A stretch of 44,765 bases of DNA from a virus. The stretch lies in IMG/VR virus record IMGVR_UViG_3300045988_086665; one strand, 5' to 3'. Positions 1 to 7,898 of this stretch are shown here, piece by piece. Made by a program: the position numbers and the translations under genes. Each line of letters begins with the position of its first letter. Within the stretch, counting starts at the first letter, position 1. The notes under the pieces were generated by a model. It searched no databases and was not told the DNA's origin. It worked only from the letters and a program-made list of their open reading frames with translations.

Positions 1-119
1 AAATAACCTCCAAGGGAGCGGAAACGAAAAAGGCAGGAGTTTAACCCCTGCCCATCGCTTTGAGAATACACTGGTTGATGAAGTCGCTGCGGTCTTTCTT
101 TTCGACTCCTTCCAAGATG
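1..119. repeat. Terminal direct repeat, copy 1 (identical to 44647-44765)
   Basis: Read directly: nt 1-119 (aaataacctccaaggg...ttccaagatg) recur base-for-base at 44647-44765. This is the signature of a circular genome linearised by an assembler, or of a short terminal redundancy. Confidence 0.95.
21..52 (-). terminator. Putative intrinsic terminator of the 41-235 gene
   Basis: On the minus strand, a ggcagg-N9-cctgcc hairpin (plus coordinates 32-37/47-52, stop codon in the loop) is followed by tttttcgttt. Confidence 0.45.
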
Positions 120-235
120 TTAGCCACGTCCTCGGTAGCACCGAAATAGAATGTTGCAGCGTATTTCTTCGTTCGCCCTGCACCCTTGCGAGCACCTCCC
201 CAAGACTTGGAGGTAGTTTCATTCGTAGTATTCAT
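41..235 (-). CDS. Small ribbon-helix-helix/Arc-like DNA-binding protein (putative)
   Basis: 64-aa ORF with a basic N-terminus (GGARKGAGRTKK) followed by a short beta-alpha-alpha-like core. It is a paralogue of the 54-aa ORF at 28016-28180 (KGAGRTKK...RSDFINQCIL vs KKGAGATVK...KSRFINDLL). Confidence 0.55.
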   Translation of the reverse strand: MNTTNETTSKSWGGARKGAGRTKKYAATFYFGATEDVANILEGVEKKDRSDFINQCILKAMGRG

Positions 236-246
236 AATGTTAAAAA

Positions 247-278
247 TTTGGTGATATGAAAAATAATTCGTAAATTTG
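247..278 (+). promoter_or_regulatory. Bacteroidota-type promoter (late/terminase operon candidate)
   Basis: TTTG (247-250), a 20-nt spacer, then TAAATTTG (271-278). This matches the -33 TTTG / -7 TAnnTTTG consensus of Bacteroidota primary-sigma promoters. Confidence 0.55.
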
Positions 279-283
279 CAAAC

Positions 284-416
284 GAAATCCCAAAGTGGGG
301 TGGTGGTTCGAGCACCACCCCTTGGAGCTTAGAATAATCTAATCGTAAATGATAAGATTTCTATTTTCCAAATCTTCAATGAAATTTTCAGTACGTTCAT
401 AAGACTTTGGGATTTC
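284..416 (+). promoter_or_regulatory. Structured leader: nested inverted repeats upstream of the terminase genes
   Basis: A 13-bp perfect inverted repeat, gaaatcccaaagt (284-296) / actttgggatttc (404-416), encloses a 9-bp GC-rich hairpin ggggtggtg-N7-caccacccc (297-321) and about 80 nt of AT-rich sequence. It begins right after the 247-278 promoter. Confidence 0.5.
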
Positions 417-472
417 ATTTTACTTTTCCCTCATCCTCGGAGGGTTTCAGTAAATAAGGACTCTTCCCTTAT

Positions 473-488
473 TACGTTTGCAAAGATA
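473..488. promoter_or_regulatory. Abutting -7 boxes on opposite strands (TACGTTTG / rc TATCTTTG)
   Basis: tacgtttgcaaagata gives TAnnTTTG on the + strand (473-480) and TAnnTTTG on the - strand (481-488). Neither has a clean -33 TTTG at the expected spacing. Confidence 0.35.
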
Positions 489-565
489 CGAAATTTATTT
501 GAAATATGCAAGTTTTTCAAGTAGAATTTTTATAAAAAATCAAGTAAATTTCAAGAAATCAAAAT

Positions 566-1171
566 ATGCCACAAGGTAACAACAACAAGTTAAGGGCACA
601 GCGCATCGACATCGAGAACCGCCTACAGATTATCGCACCCTTATACCGCAAGGGATGGACTGAGCGGGAAATCACGGCAGAGGTGAGGAAACGTCTCGAC
701 AGACCGAAATACAATCAAGCGCACTGCGACATTCAGCGGTTATTGAAGGAGTGGAGGGAAGAGAGACTGACCGACACGGACGAAAAGATAACCAGCGAGG
801 TGGCAAGGTTGAAACTGGTAATACGTGAAGCGTGGGAAGCCTGGGAGAAATCCAAGGAAGACTACCACGAAAAGACAGCGACCCAGCAGGGACTGCCTAT
901 CGTAGATGAGCGAGGAAAGCAGATTTCAATCGAGACCGTCAAGGCGATAATGTACGATGCCGAGAAGCGAGGATTCGGAGAACCACGCTACCTCGACATC
1001 ATCATCAAGGCAGAAACGCAGATTTGCAAGCTGCTCGGACTGGATAAGGTCGTGCTTGATTTGAACGCAGGCTTCCAAGGCGGCATCGAGGTACGCTACA
1101 TCAATTCGGGGCACGAATGTGCATCCAGCGAGCAGGAAGTAATCGAGCGTGAGGGACTGGATAAAGAATAA
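566..1171 (+). CDS. Putative terminase small subunit
   Basis: 201-aa ORF immediately upstream of the large terminase. It has an N-terminal HTH-like segment (YRKGWTEREITAEVRKRL) and an acidic C-terminus. The call rests mainly on position. Confidence 0.5.
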   Translation: MPQGNNNKLRAQRIDIENRLQIIAPLYRKGWTEREITAEVRKRLDRPKYNQAHCDIQRLLKEWREERLTDTDEKITSEVARLKLVIREAWEAWEKSKEDYHEKTATQQGLPIVDERGKQISIETVKAIMYDAEKRGFGEPRYLDIIIKAETQICKLLGLDKVVLDLNAGFQGGIEVRYINSGHECASSEQEVIEREGLDKE

Positions 1172-1222
1172 ATCTCTACCATAATTTTTGTTTTAAGTTT
1201 TAAGTTTTAGTTTGTTAGAAGA

Positions 1223-2401
1223 ATGGCACTATTTGACGTTATTGGTGAACTGTATGCCCCGAATGCGGACGTGAAGCCAAGGTTTCTCGTGAACCAAGGA
1301 GGCACGTCCTCGGGGAAGACATACACCATTATGCAGCGTCTTATAGTGCTTTCTTTTGAGCATCCGATGACAATTATCACGGTGTGCGGTCAAGACCTCC
1401 CGAACTTGAAGGTGGGAGCCATGCGAGACCTCGACACAATCCTGCACACAAGGGCAGAGCTGCTGGACTGGTTCAAGAACAACAAGAGCGACAGCAGCTA
1501 CAGAGGAAAGAACGGCTCAATCATCGAGTTCAAGAGTTACCAGGATGCGCAGGATGCCAAGAACGGTAAGCGTGACTACCTGTTCGTGAACGAGGCGAAC
1601 GGTGTGCCCTACGAAGTATTTTGGCAGCTTGCCATCCGAACCCGAAAGCAGGTGTTCATCGACTACAATCCAAGCGCAAGGTTCTGGGTGCACAACAACA
1701 TCATCGGCAGGGATGACTGCCGTTTGATACTGAGCGACCACCGAAACAACCGATTCCTGACTGAGCAGGAGCACAAGAAGATTGAGGAGATTGACGACCC
1801 CGAGCTGTGGCGAGTATATGCGCGTGGACTGACTGGAAAAATAACCGGGCTTATATTCACCAACTGGGGTATCGTTGACAAGCTGCCACCAAGGGAGGAG
1901 TGGAAGATGGAGTGCAGGGGTATGGACTTCGGATTCACCAACGATCCAACTGCGCTGGAGCACGTTATTCTCGCACACGGAGAGTTATGGGTGGACGAGG
2001 AAATCTACCAGCCCGGACTGACGAACGAAGACATCGCAGACCGATGCAAGGAGCAAGGACTGACGAAACGAGACCTTATCATTGCGGACTCGGCAGAGCC
2101 TAAGAGCATTCAGGAGATACACAACCAAGGGCTGTGGATAATAGGAAGCACCAAGGGAGCGGACAGCATCAACAACGGCATCGACATCTTGAAGCGTTTC
2201 CGCATCAACATAACCAGACGAAGCTACGGCATCATCGAGAATATGCAGCAATACAAGTGGAAGAAGTCAAGGGATGGAGAGACCACGAACCAGCCTATAG
2301 ACGCATTCAACCACGGCATAGACGCAATACGATACGTAGCCTTGAAGAAGTTATCCGTAGCAAGCCACGGAACGGCTAGGGCGCACGTATTGAGACAATA
2401 A
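1223..2401 (+). CDS. terL: Terminase large subunit (PBSX/Terminase_3-like)
   Basis: 392 aa. Walker A GGTSSGKT near the N-terminus, Walker-B-like YLFVNEA, and a C-terminal nuclease half with conserved acidic residues (GMDFGF, IIADSAEP, DAIRY). Confidence 0.9.
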   Translation: MALFDVIGELYAPNADVKPRFLVNQGGTSSGKTYTIMQRLIVLSFEHPMTIITVCGQDLPNLKVGAMRDLDTILHTRAELLDWFKNNKSDSSYRGKNGSIIEFKSYQDAQDAKNGKRDYLFVNEANGVPYEVFWQLAIRTRKQVFIDYNPSARFWVHNNIIGRDDCRLILSDHRNNRFLTEQEHKKIEEIDDPELWRVYARGLTGKITGLIFTNWGIVDKLPPREEWKMECRGMDFGFTNDPTALEHVILAHGELWVDEEIYQPGLTNEDIADRCKEQGLTKRDLIIADSAEPKSIQEIHNQGLWIIGSTKGADSINNGIDILKRFRINITRRSYGIIENMQQYKWKKSRDGETTNQPIDAFNHGIDAIRYVALKKLSVASHGTARAHVLRQ

Positions 2402-2423
2402 CTACGACAAAATTATAAAGCGT

Positions 2424-2972
2424 ATGGATAAGAACACTACATTCAAGTACTGGCTGGCAGTGGCAAGGCACACCAGCTATAAAATCGGCAAGCAGCCACG
2501 ACCAGCTTTTGTCGGTGATAAGAAAGTTCCCGGCAATCTCAACCAGCTATCCATCGGGCAGCTGATTGATCTTTCCCAGCTATCCGACAGCGAGGAAAGT
2601 CTGTATCAGATAGTAACAACCGTCCTCGGTCTGAGCCACAAGGAAGTGGAGCAGGCAAGGGCGGTTGATGTCGTTATGCTCATCGGCTGGGTAACAGCAG
2701 AGGTGGAGCGCATCAACAAGCTCTTCGAGAGCACAGACACAGCGAAGCCAACGAGACTGGAGAAGGAGGCAGGCATCGACACCCTGCGCTTCGGATTGTT
2801 CGGTATGCTGGACTGGTACGCAGTGAGGATGGGCATCAGCGACCACGACCAGGTATTGAAGACACCGTGGCTTCGCATCTACAAGTGTATGGAGATGGAC
2901 AACAAGAGAAGTCTCTACGAGCGGAACCTGCAGAAGTTGCAGGCGGAGGAGATGAAACGTAAATCCAGATAA
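2424..2972 (+). CDS. Hypothetical protein, virion operon 1
   Basis: 182-aa ORF, tightly packed after terL, with a charged coiled C-terminus. No motif recognised. Confidence 0.65.
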   Translation: MDKNTTFKYWLAVARHTSYKIGKQPRPAFVGDKKVPGNLNQLSIGQLIDLSQLSDSEESLYQIVTTVLGLSHKEVEQARAVDVVMLIGWVTAEVERINKLFESTDTAKPTRLEKEAGIDTLRFGLFGMLDWYAVRMGISDHDQVLKTPWLRIYKCMEMDNKRSLYERNLQKLQAEEMKRKSR

Positions 2973-2974
2973 TT

Positions 2975-3406
2975 ATGGCAACAATCAGAGAAACATTGAA
3001 GCAGCTGGCAGCAGACACGCTACCGGACTACACCTACCTTTTCGAGGACTGGGACACTGCGGACACCAAGCTGGAGAAGCTGAGCTACCCGGCAATCGTG
3101 TGCATCATACCAGCCAGCGGAACGACAGAGATACGCAACGGCAGGGTTTACGACACCGTGAACGTTGCCCTGGCTTATCTCGACACCGTACCGAGGGGAG
3201 CGGAAGGAGAAGACAACGGAGAGTGCATCGACCGAATGAAGGTGGCAGGGGCAAGGATGATACGAGCCATCAACCAGTCGCACCAGTTCGAACCATTGGA
3301 GGGGCAGCAGTACTACGAGACCATCATCGAGCGGCTGAGCACGATCGTGTCGGGCGTAATGTACTCCCTGCAACTGACACAGAGCATAGGAGGGTGTGTG
3401 GTATGA
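2975..3406 (+). CDS. Hypothetical virion protein (connector/neck-size)
   Basis: 143-aa ORF starting 3 nt after the previous stop. Its stop overlaps the next start (ATGA). Confidence 0.65.
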   Translation: MATIRETLKQLAADTLPDYTYLFEDWDTADTKLEKLSYPAIVCIIPASGTTEIRNGRVYDTVNVALAYLDTVPRGAEGEDNGECIDRMKVAGARMIRAINQSHQFEPLEGQQYYETIIERLSTIVSGVMYSLQLTQSIGGCVV

Positions 3407-3936
3407 GCAAGGGAGGTATTCAATTCGACCCCAAGGCGGCATCGCTGATAATGAGGGAGGAAGTGGAGAGAGCACGGCAGCTTATCATCAACCACATCAG
3501 AATCAACGGACAGAACGCATCGGGGCGCACCATAGCGAGCCTAAAGGTGGAGCAGCCCAGCGAGGATGAGACCATCCTATGGGGACACAAGCCATTCGGT
3601 GTGCTGGAGACTGGACGAAGGGCAGGAAAGATACCATACGGCTTCCGTGGCATCATCCGCCAGTGGATGAAGGACAAGGGACTGCACGGCACACCTATCC
3701 CCTACAAGACCCAGCGACCGCACAAGTACACACCGCAGGAGCGTGGCGATATGAGTATGGCAGGGGCAATTGCCCACACCATCGCTAACAAGGGTTCTAG
3801 GCTGCACCGCACTGGCGGCAGGGCTGACGTGTACAGCAACGTTTTGCCCGACACGATGAAACGGCTGGGGCAGCGACTTATTTTCTTAATCCACCAGTCG
3901 GTGGGGAGTATCAAACTAAACAATGAGACGGTATGA
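3403..3936 (+). CDS. Hypothetical virion protein (possibly HK97-gp10-like tail/neck component)
   Basis: Start placed at ATG 3403 (MSKGGIQFD...), an ATGA overlap with the preceding stop. The track ORF extends back to 3100, but that part overlaps 2975-3406 in another frame. Confidence 0.6.
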   Translation: MSKGGIQFDPKAASLIMREEVERARQLIINHIRINGQNASGRTIASLKVEQPSEDETILWGHKPFGVLETGRRAGKIPYGFRGIIRQWMKDKGLHGTPIPYKTQRPHKYTPQERGDMSMAGAIAHTIANKGSRLHRTGGRADVYSNVLPDTMKRLGQRLIFLIHQSVGSIKLNNETV

Positions 3937-5018
3937 GACAGACAGAGAAAAACGGCATCACGATTAAGTATGCGGACGCTGTAGGCTTCGCATTCCTTCC
4001 CTGCATCATCAAGGCAAGCGGCTCGGGCGTTGCGAGCATCGAGACAACCATCAGCAGGGAGACCAGGGCGCACACGTACATCGTGGAAGCGTTTGCAGAT
4101 AACTGCATTATGGACTACCGGGGATATGTGCAGGCACTCTTCGATGGCATCAGCTTCGGGATCCTTGACTACACCAAGGAGATTCAGCAGAGCAAACTCG
4201 GGGCAGTGTTCAATATTTCCGTGAAGGTCAAGGACAGCGAGGGGAGCGACCTTGCTACATTCAGCTACACGACCTTCTACGTGTGGGGAGCGATGAGGGC
4301 AGGCGAGACGTGGAACGGATTCAAGAGGATCACTTGGTTCACGCATTTTCCTTTCTCCTTTGGCTTTTATCTCAATGCGGCTTCCCAGATACTTGTCGGC
4401 TACGAGGGAGCACCGAACAAAATGGTTAAGCCGGGCATCGATGGCATCGTGGACATCAACGCCAGCGTTCTGCCAAGCAAGGCGAGGTACTGGAACATCT
4501 ACGACTACGATGGCAAGATAGAGCAGGGAACGTTCACGGACGTTTTCGACCTTACCTTTGCGATGGCGAGCGGTGGCAAGCAGTCTCTCCTTGCAAGGAT
4601 AGAAAGGAACGACACGGAGAAGGGCATTTATCTTCGGTGGGTTGACCGACACGGCTTTTACCGTTACTGGCTATTCACGCAAGGCGATGAGAGCAGGGCG
4701 ATAAGCAGCGACACAAGCTTCATTCGCAACAACCTCGGAGGGTATGACGATACGATATTCGGCTACCTCGGAGCGAACGGCAGACGGCAGGGCTACAGCA
4801 GAGAGGACACCATACCTCTTTGCGCATCACTTGTGGACAGCGAGACGTTCGATTTTCTGCAAGACCTAGCCAGCAGTCCGGTCGTGGATATGTACCTCGG
4901 GGGCAACAAGTGGCAGAGCGTTACAATCAAGGCAGGAACGTACACCAAGACAACGGCAGAGTTGCAGGATTTCGTCTGCAACCTAGTTATTAACGATACA
5001 CAGATTCAGCAGCTATGA
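3933..5018 (+). CDS. Hypothetical virion structural protein
   Basis: 361-aa ORF with ATGA coupling at both ends and a beta-rich composition (YLRWVDRHGFYRYWLF). No family assigned. Confidence 0.7.
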   Translation: MRQTEKNGITIKYADAVGFAFLPCIIKASGSGVASIETTISRETRAHTYIVEAFADNCIMDYRGYVQALFDGISFGILDYTKEIQQSKLGAVFNISVKVKDSEGSDLATFSYTTFYVWGAMRAGETWNGFKRITWFTHFPFSFGFYLNAASQILVGYEGAPNKMVKPGIDGIVDINASVLPSKARYWNIYDYDGKIEQGTFTDVFDLTFAMASGGKQSLLARIERNDTEKGIYLRWVDRHGFYRYWLFTQGDESRAISSDTSFIRNNLGGYDDTIFGYLGANGRRQGYSREDTIPLCASLVDSETFDFLQDLASSPVVDMYLGGNKWQSVTIKAGTYTKTTAELQDFVCNLVINDTQIQQL

Positions 5019-7885
5019 CAGACCAGCAACTTTACATCGATGGCATCTTGATGGATATGAGCGAGGAAACGGCAATCACGCTCGACATCAAGAGCAACCT
5101 TTTCCGTGACATCACGAAAATGACCGCCAACACGACATACACCATCAACCTGCCCAAGACAGCACACAATATGGCGGTGCTGGAGTTCGCAGGGAAACCG
5201 AGCACAAGCAGCAAATACCCCTATATTTTCCACACAGCACGTTATTTCCGTAACGGACTGGAGATTATCCGCAACGGAAGGGCAAGCGTCCTGAGCGTAA
5301 AGGAAACCATCGAAATTTCGATTTATTGGGGATTGTTCCAGGCACTTGCAACGCTTCTGTCGTCTGACTTGAAACTGAACGAGTTAAATTGCACGAAGTA
5401 TCTGCGGTTCAACAGAAACAACAGCTCCTACACCTACGAGAAGGCGATTTCCGAGGGAGTTTTCTATGGAACCTATGACCCTGCAGCGGTCAAGACATCA
5501 AGCGAGGATTGGCAGGGCTATGACCGCAACGTTGGAGGGAACAGCAACACGACATATTCACTCGTTGACGGCAAGATAAGAACAGGAACAGAGGTCGGAA
5601 TATATGTATCTGGAGAGGTGCTGACCGATGGTGCCTATCGGTGCACAATCATACCTTTCGAGGCTGGAATGAGAGCAACAATCAGCAAAGTGTTGGGAAA
5701 GGGGGACTATCGAACCTGGGCAATACTCGATATCAACAAGAACATCGTTAGCCTTGCTGCGGATGCAGGAACAACCGAGGCGGAAACCAATCCGACCATA
5801 CCAGCACCCGACCCGATTTTGCAGGCAACAATAGGTGCAGGCATCCTTTGCGCCAGTGGAGACACGAAAACAGCTATGACGACAATCAGCATCCGATTTG
5901 CATTGATGGACGAAGCACCAGCAGGGCAGGTGGAATACGGAAGCTACGACCCTGCCACCGGGTTTACGGAAGCCTGGGGAGTGGAAGACATACCAGCAGA
6001 CAAGGGTGGAACAGAAATTACGGTGAACGTAACCAAGTATAAGCAGGCAGGAAGGCTCATCTACGTGAAGCCATCAAAGGACGGAATGCTCTACTGGATA
6101 GCAGGCGAAGGTTCGGAAAGCAACTACTACGTTTCGGGCGGAACACAATACGAGACATCGAGATTCGCACCATACAGCGTGAAGTACACCAGCGAGAGTG
6201 AGCCAATCGATATAGACCTTCAAGCACCAGCCACGGCAGAGTGGCTTGTCATCAACGCAATCAAGGAGTACAGCAGTGGAACGACCATTCAAGTTAAGAG
6301 CGAGACTGAGAGCCGGGCGAGAGCCAGCAGCAGGGAAGTACAGACTTCTTCGAGCGGAGGCGGTTCGTTTGGCGGAGGTGGCTCTTTTGGTTATGCTGAC
6401 AAGGGAGCAATCCAGCCAAGCGTGACGGCAAAATATATCCTAGACCTTATCACGGTACAGACCGGGGTTGTATTCGGATGGAGCAGCCAGGCGAAAGAGA
6501 CCATCAAGGGGCTTGCGGTCCCATTAATTACGAGAAAGGCAGATGCACAGACGGTCGTAGGCAGCTTTGAGGGTACTTTCATCGCAACAACGAACCTCGG
6601 CATTCTCGAATTCCAGCCAACGAGCCTATCGGAGGTCTTCGATGGACTGGAACTTGCGACCAGATATAGCCAGCTGAAAGTAAAGATTGCCTGCACGATG
6701 ATTTTCGATGTTCAGATGAACTGGTCGTGGGACGCATCAAATGCACGACCGAATGGGCATATCGGAAACTCTTACGAAGGCTCTACCGAATGGAACGGAG
6801 TATATCAGTATGATCCTTGCTACGTTGAAATCAAGGTTGTTTCAAAGCATACGAGCGACCAGGAGGAAAGCGAGTACACAAAGACATACATCGCAGGCAA
6901 GGAGATAGACGAAGATGATTCTTCTAGAAGGTATATTACAGACTACGACTCGGACAAGGTAAACGGACGGTTCATACACCTTGCAGCAGGGCGAGGGGAG
7001 ATTCAACTTGAAGAGGGCGACATCGTGACCTTCGAGTTCAAACACTACGGTAAGGGGGTCTTGAGAGGGTTGCGTGGGTACAACGGACGCATTTCTGCAA
7101 GCATCAGTCAGAGCGATGAAGTACCCTACGGAGGAAATTTCCCTATCGGCAAGAACCTGCCAGACATCAAGGTGACGGATTTTCTGAAGTGTATCTGCAT
7201 TCTGACATCAACGTTCCCAAGCCAGCGATTCACCGATGGCAGACTTGCGTTTGCGGACATAGTGAGTCTATGGGAAGACAAGGCGCAAGCGGTGGACTGG
7301 ACGAAGAAGCTCATCCCAAGCAAAGCTTGCAACCATCCAAGGCAGACCGATTTCAGCGTAGAGGACTACTGCCAGCATAACATCTACAAGTGGAAGGAAG
7401 ACGACACCGTCTTTCAGAAGCACGATGCAGATATGGAGATAGACAACAAGACGCTGGAATATACGCAGGACGTTTGCACGCTGCCATTCGCAGCCACGGA
7501 CGGAAACCGCATACCGATATACGAGTGGGAGAGTACGCAACGCACCTTTGGTAGAACCACGTTAACGGTACAGACAGCCACCAAGTACAAGGCGTGCAAA
7601 GACCGAATCGTGAATCTTGCAAAGGACGATGCCGGCTATGCGGTATTGGCTTTCAATATCGACCTGCAAGGTATCTTCGACAGCAAGCTGGAAAAGTTGA
7701 GAAAGACGGTGGCGAACCCACACCAGATAACGGAGCGTTTCAACCTTTCCGATTTGGAGATACTGAACTTTGATGAAACGAAGCCAGTGTACCTTGCCCA
7801 GTACGGAGCGTATTTTGCTGTTCTAAAAATCAAGACAACAAACAACGGATATTGCGAGGTTACAATGATAGAGTTGAACAACTAA
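5015..7885 (+). CDS. Large virion structural protein (tail-tip/baseplate-like), two halves joined by a Gly/Ser linker
   Basis: 956 aa. The N-terminus QLYIDGILMDM...YTINLPKTAHN resembles tail-fibre/baseplate N-termini of Bacteroidota phages (from recall). There is a central SSSGGGSFGGGGSFG linker. Confidence 0.7.
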   Translation: MTDQQLYIDGILMDMSEETAITLDIKSNLFRDITKMTANTTYTINLPKTAHNMAVLEFAGKPSTSSKYPYIFHTARYFRNGLEIIRNGRASVLSVKETIEISIYWGLFQALATLLSSDLKLNELNCTKYLRFNRNNSSYTYEKAISEGVFYGTYDPAAVKTSSEDWQGYDRNVGGNSNTTYSLVDGKIRTGTEVGIYVSGEVLTDGAYRCTIIPFEAGMRATISKVLGKGDYRTWAILDINKNIVSLAADAGTTEAETNPTIPAPDPILQATIGAGILCASGDTKTAMTTISIRFALMDEAPAGQVEYGSYDPATGFTEAWGVEDIPADKGGTEITVNVTKYKQAGRLIYVKPSKDGMLYWIAGEGSESNYYVSGGTQYETSRFAPYSVKYTSESEPIDIDLQAPATAEWLVINAIKEYSSGTTIQVKSETESRARASSREVQTSSSGGGSFGGGGSFGYADKGAIQPSVTAKYILDLITVQTGVVFGWSSQAKETIKGLAVPLITRKADAQTVVGSFEGTFIATTNLGILEFQPTSLSEVFDGLELATRYSQLKVKIACTMIFDVQMNWSWDASNARPNGHIGNSYEGSTEWNGVYQYDPCYVEIKVVSKHTSDQEESEYTKTYIAGKEIDEDDSSRRYITDYDSDKVNGRFIHLAAGRGEIQLEEGDIVTFEFKHYGKGVLRGLRGYNGRISASISQSDEVPYGGNFPIGKNLPDIKVTDFLKCICILTSTFPSQRFTDGRLAFADIVSLWEDKAQAVDWTKKLIPSKACNHPRQTDFSVEDYCQHNIYKWKEDDTVFQKHDADMEIDNKTLEYTQDVCTLPFAATDGNRIPIYEWESTQRTFGRTTLTVQTATKYKACKDRIVNLAKDDAGYAVLAFNIDLQGIFDSKLEKLRKTVANPHQITERFNLSDLEILNFDETKPVYLAQYGAYFAVLKIKTTNNGYCEVTMIELNN

Positions 7886-7898
7886 AAGACAAAAAACT

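Noticed and set aside
297-321. The hairpin ggggtggtg-gttcgag-caccacccc looked like a tRNA T-arm or an att-site fragment.
   Set aside because: The 9-bp stem and the loop register do not fit T-arm geometry (no G53-C61 with T54 at the loop start), and no acceptor-like sequence follows. I treat it as part of the leader structure.
3100-3402. A 300-nt upstream extension of the 3403-3936 ORF is open in the -1 frame relative to 2975-3406. I considered a longer protein or a G/GT-style programmed -1 frameshift fusion.
   Set aside because: An ATG at 3403 forms a standard ATGA stop/start overlap. I found no in-frame slippery heptamer: the only gggttta, at 3144-3150, is out of register. The extension translates to an Arg/His-rich sequence that does not look like a protein.
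3702-4652. There are long antisense ORFs opposite well-supported genes: 3702-4652 (316 aa), 18527-19315 (262 aa), 25243-25965 (240 aa), 43600-44367 (255 aa), 11685-12335 (216 aa), 9464-10009, 42949-43575 and others.
   Set aside because: Each lies wholly inside a + strand gene that has recognisable motifs and tight operon coupling. Their products are Cys/Ser/Leu/Arg-rich and low in complexity, and they have no promoters or terminators. This is typical mirror-frame noise.
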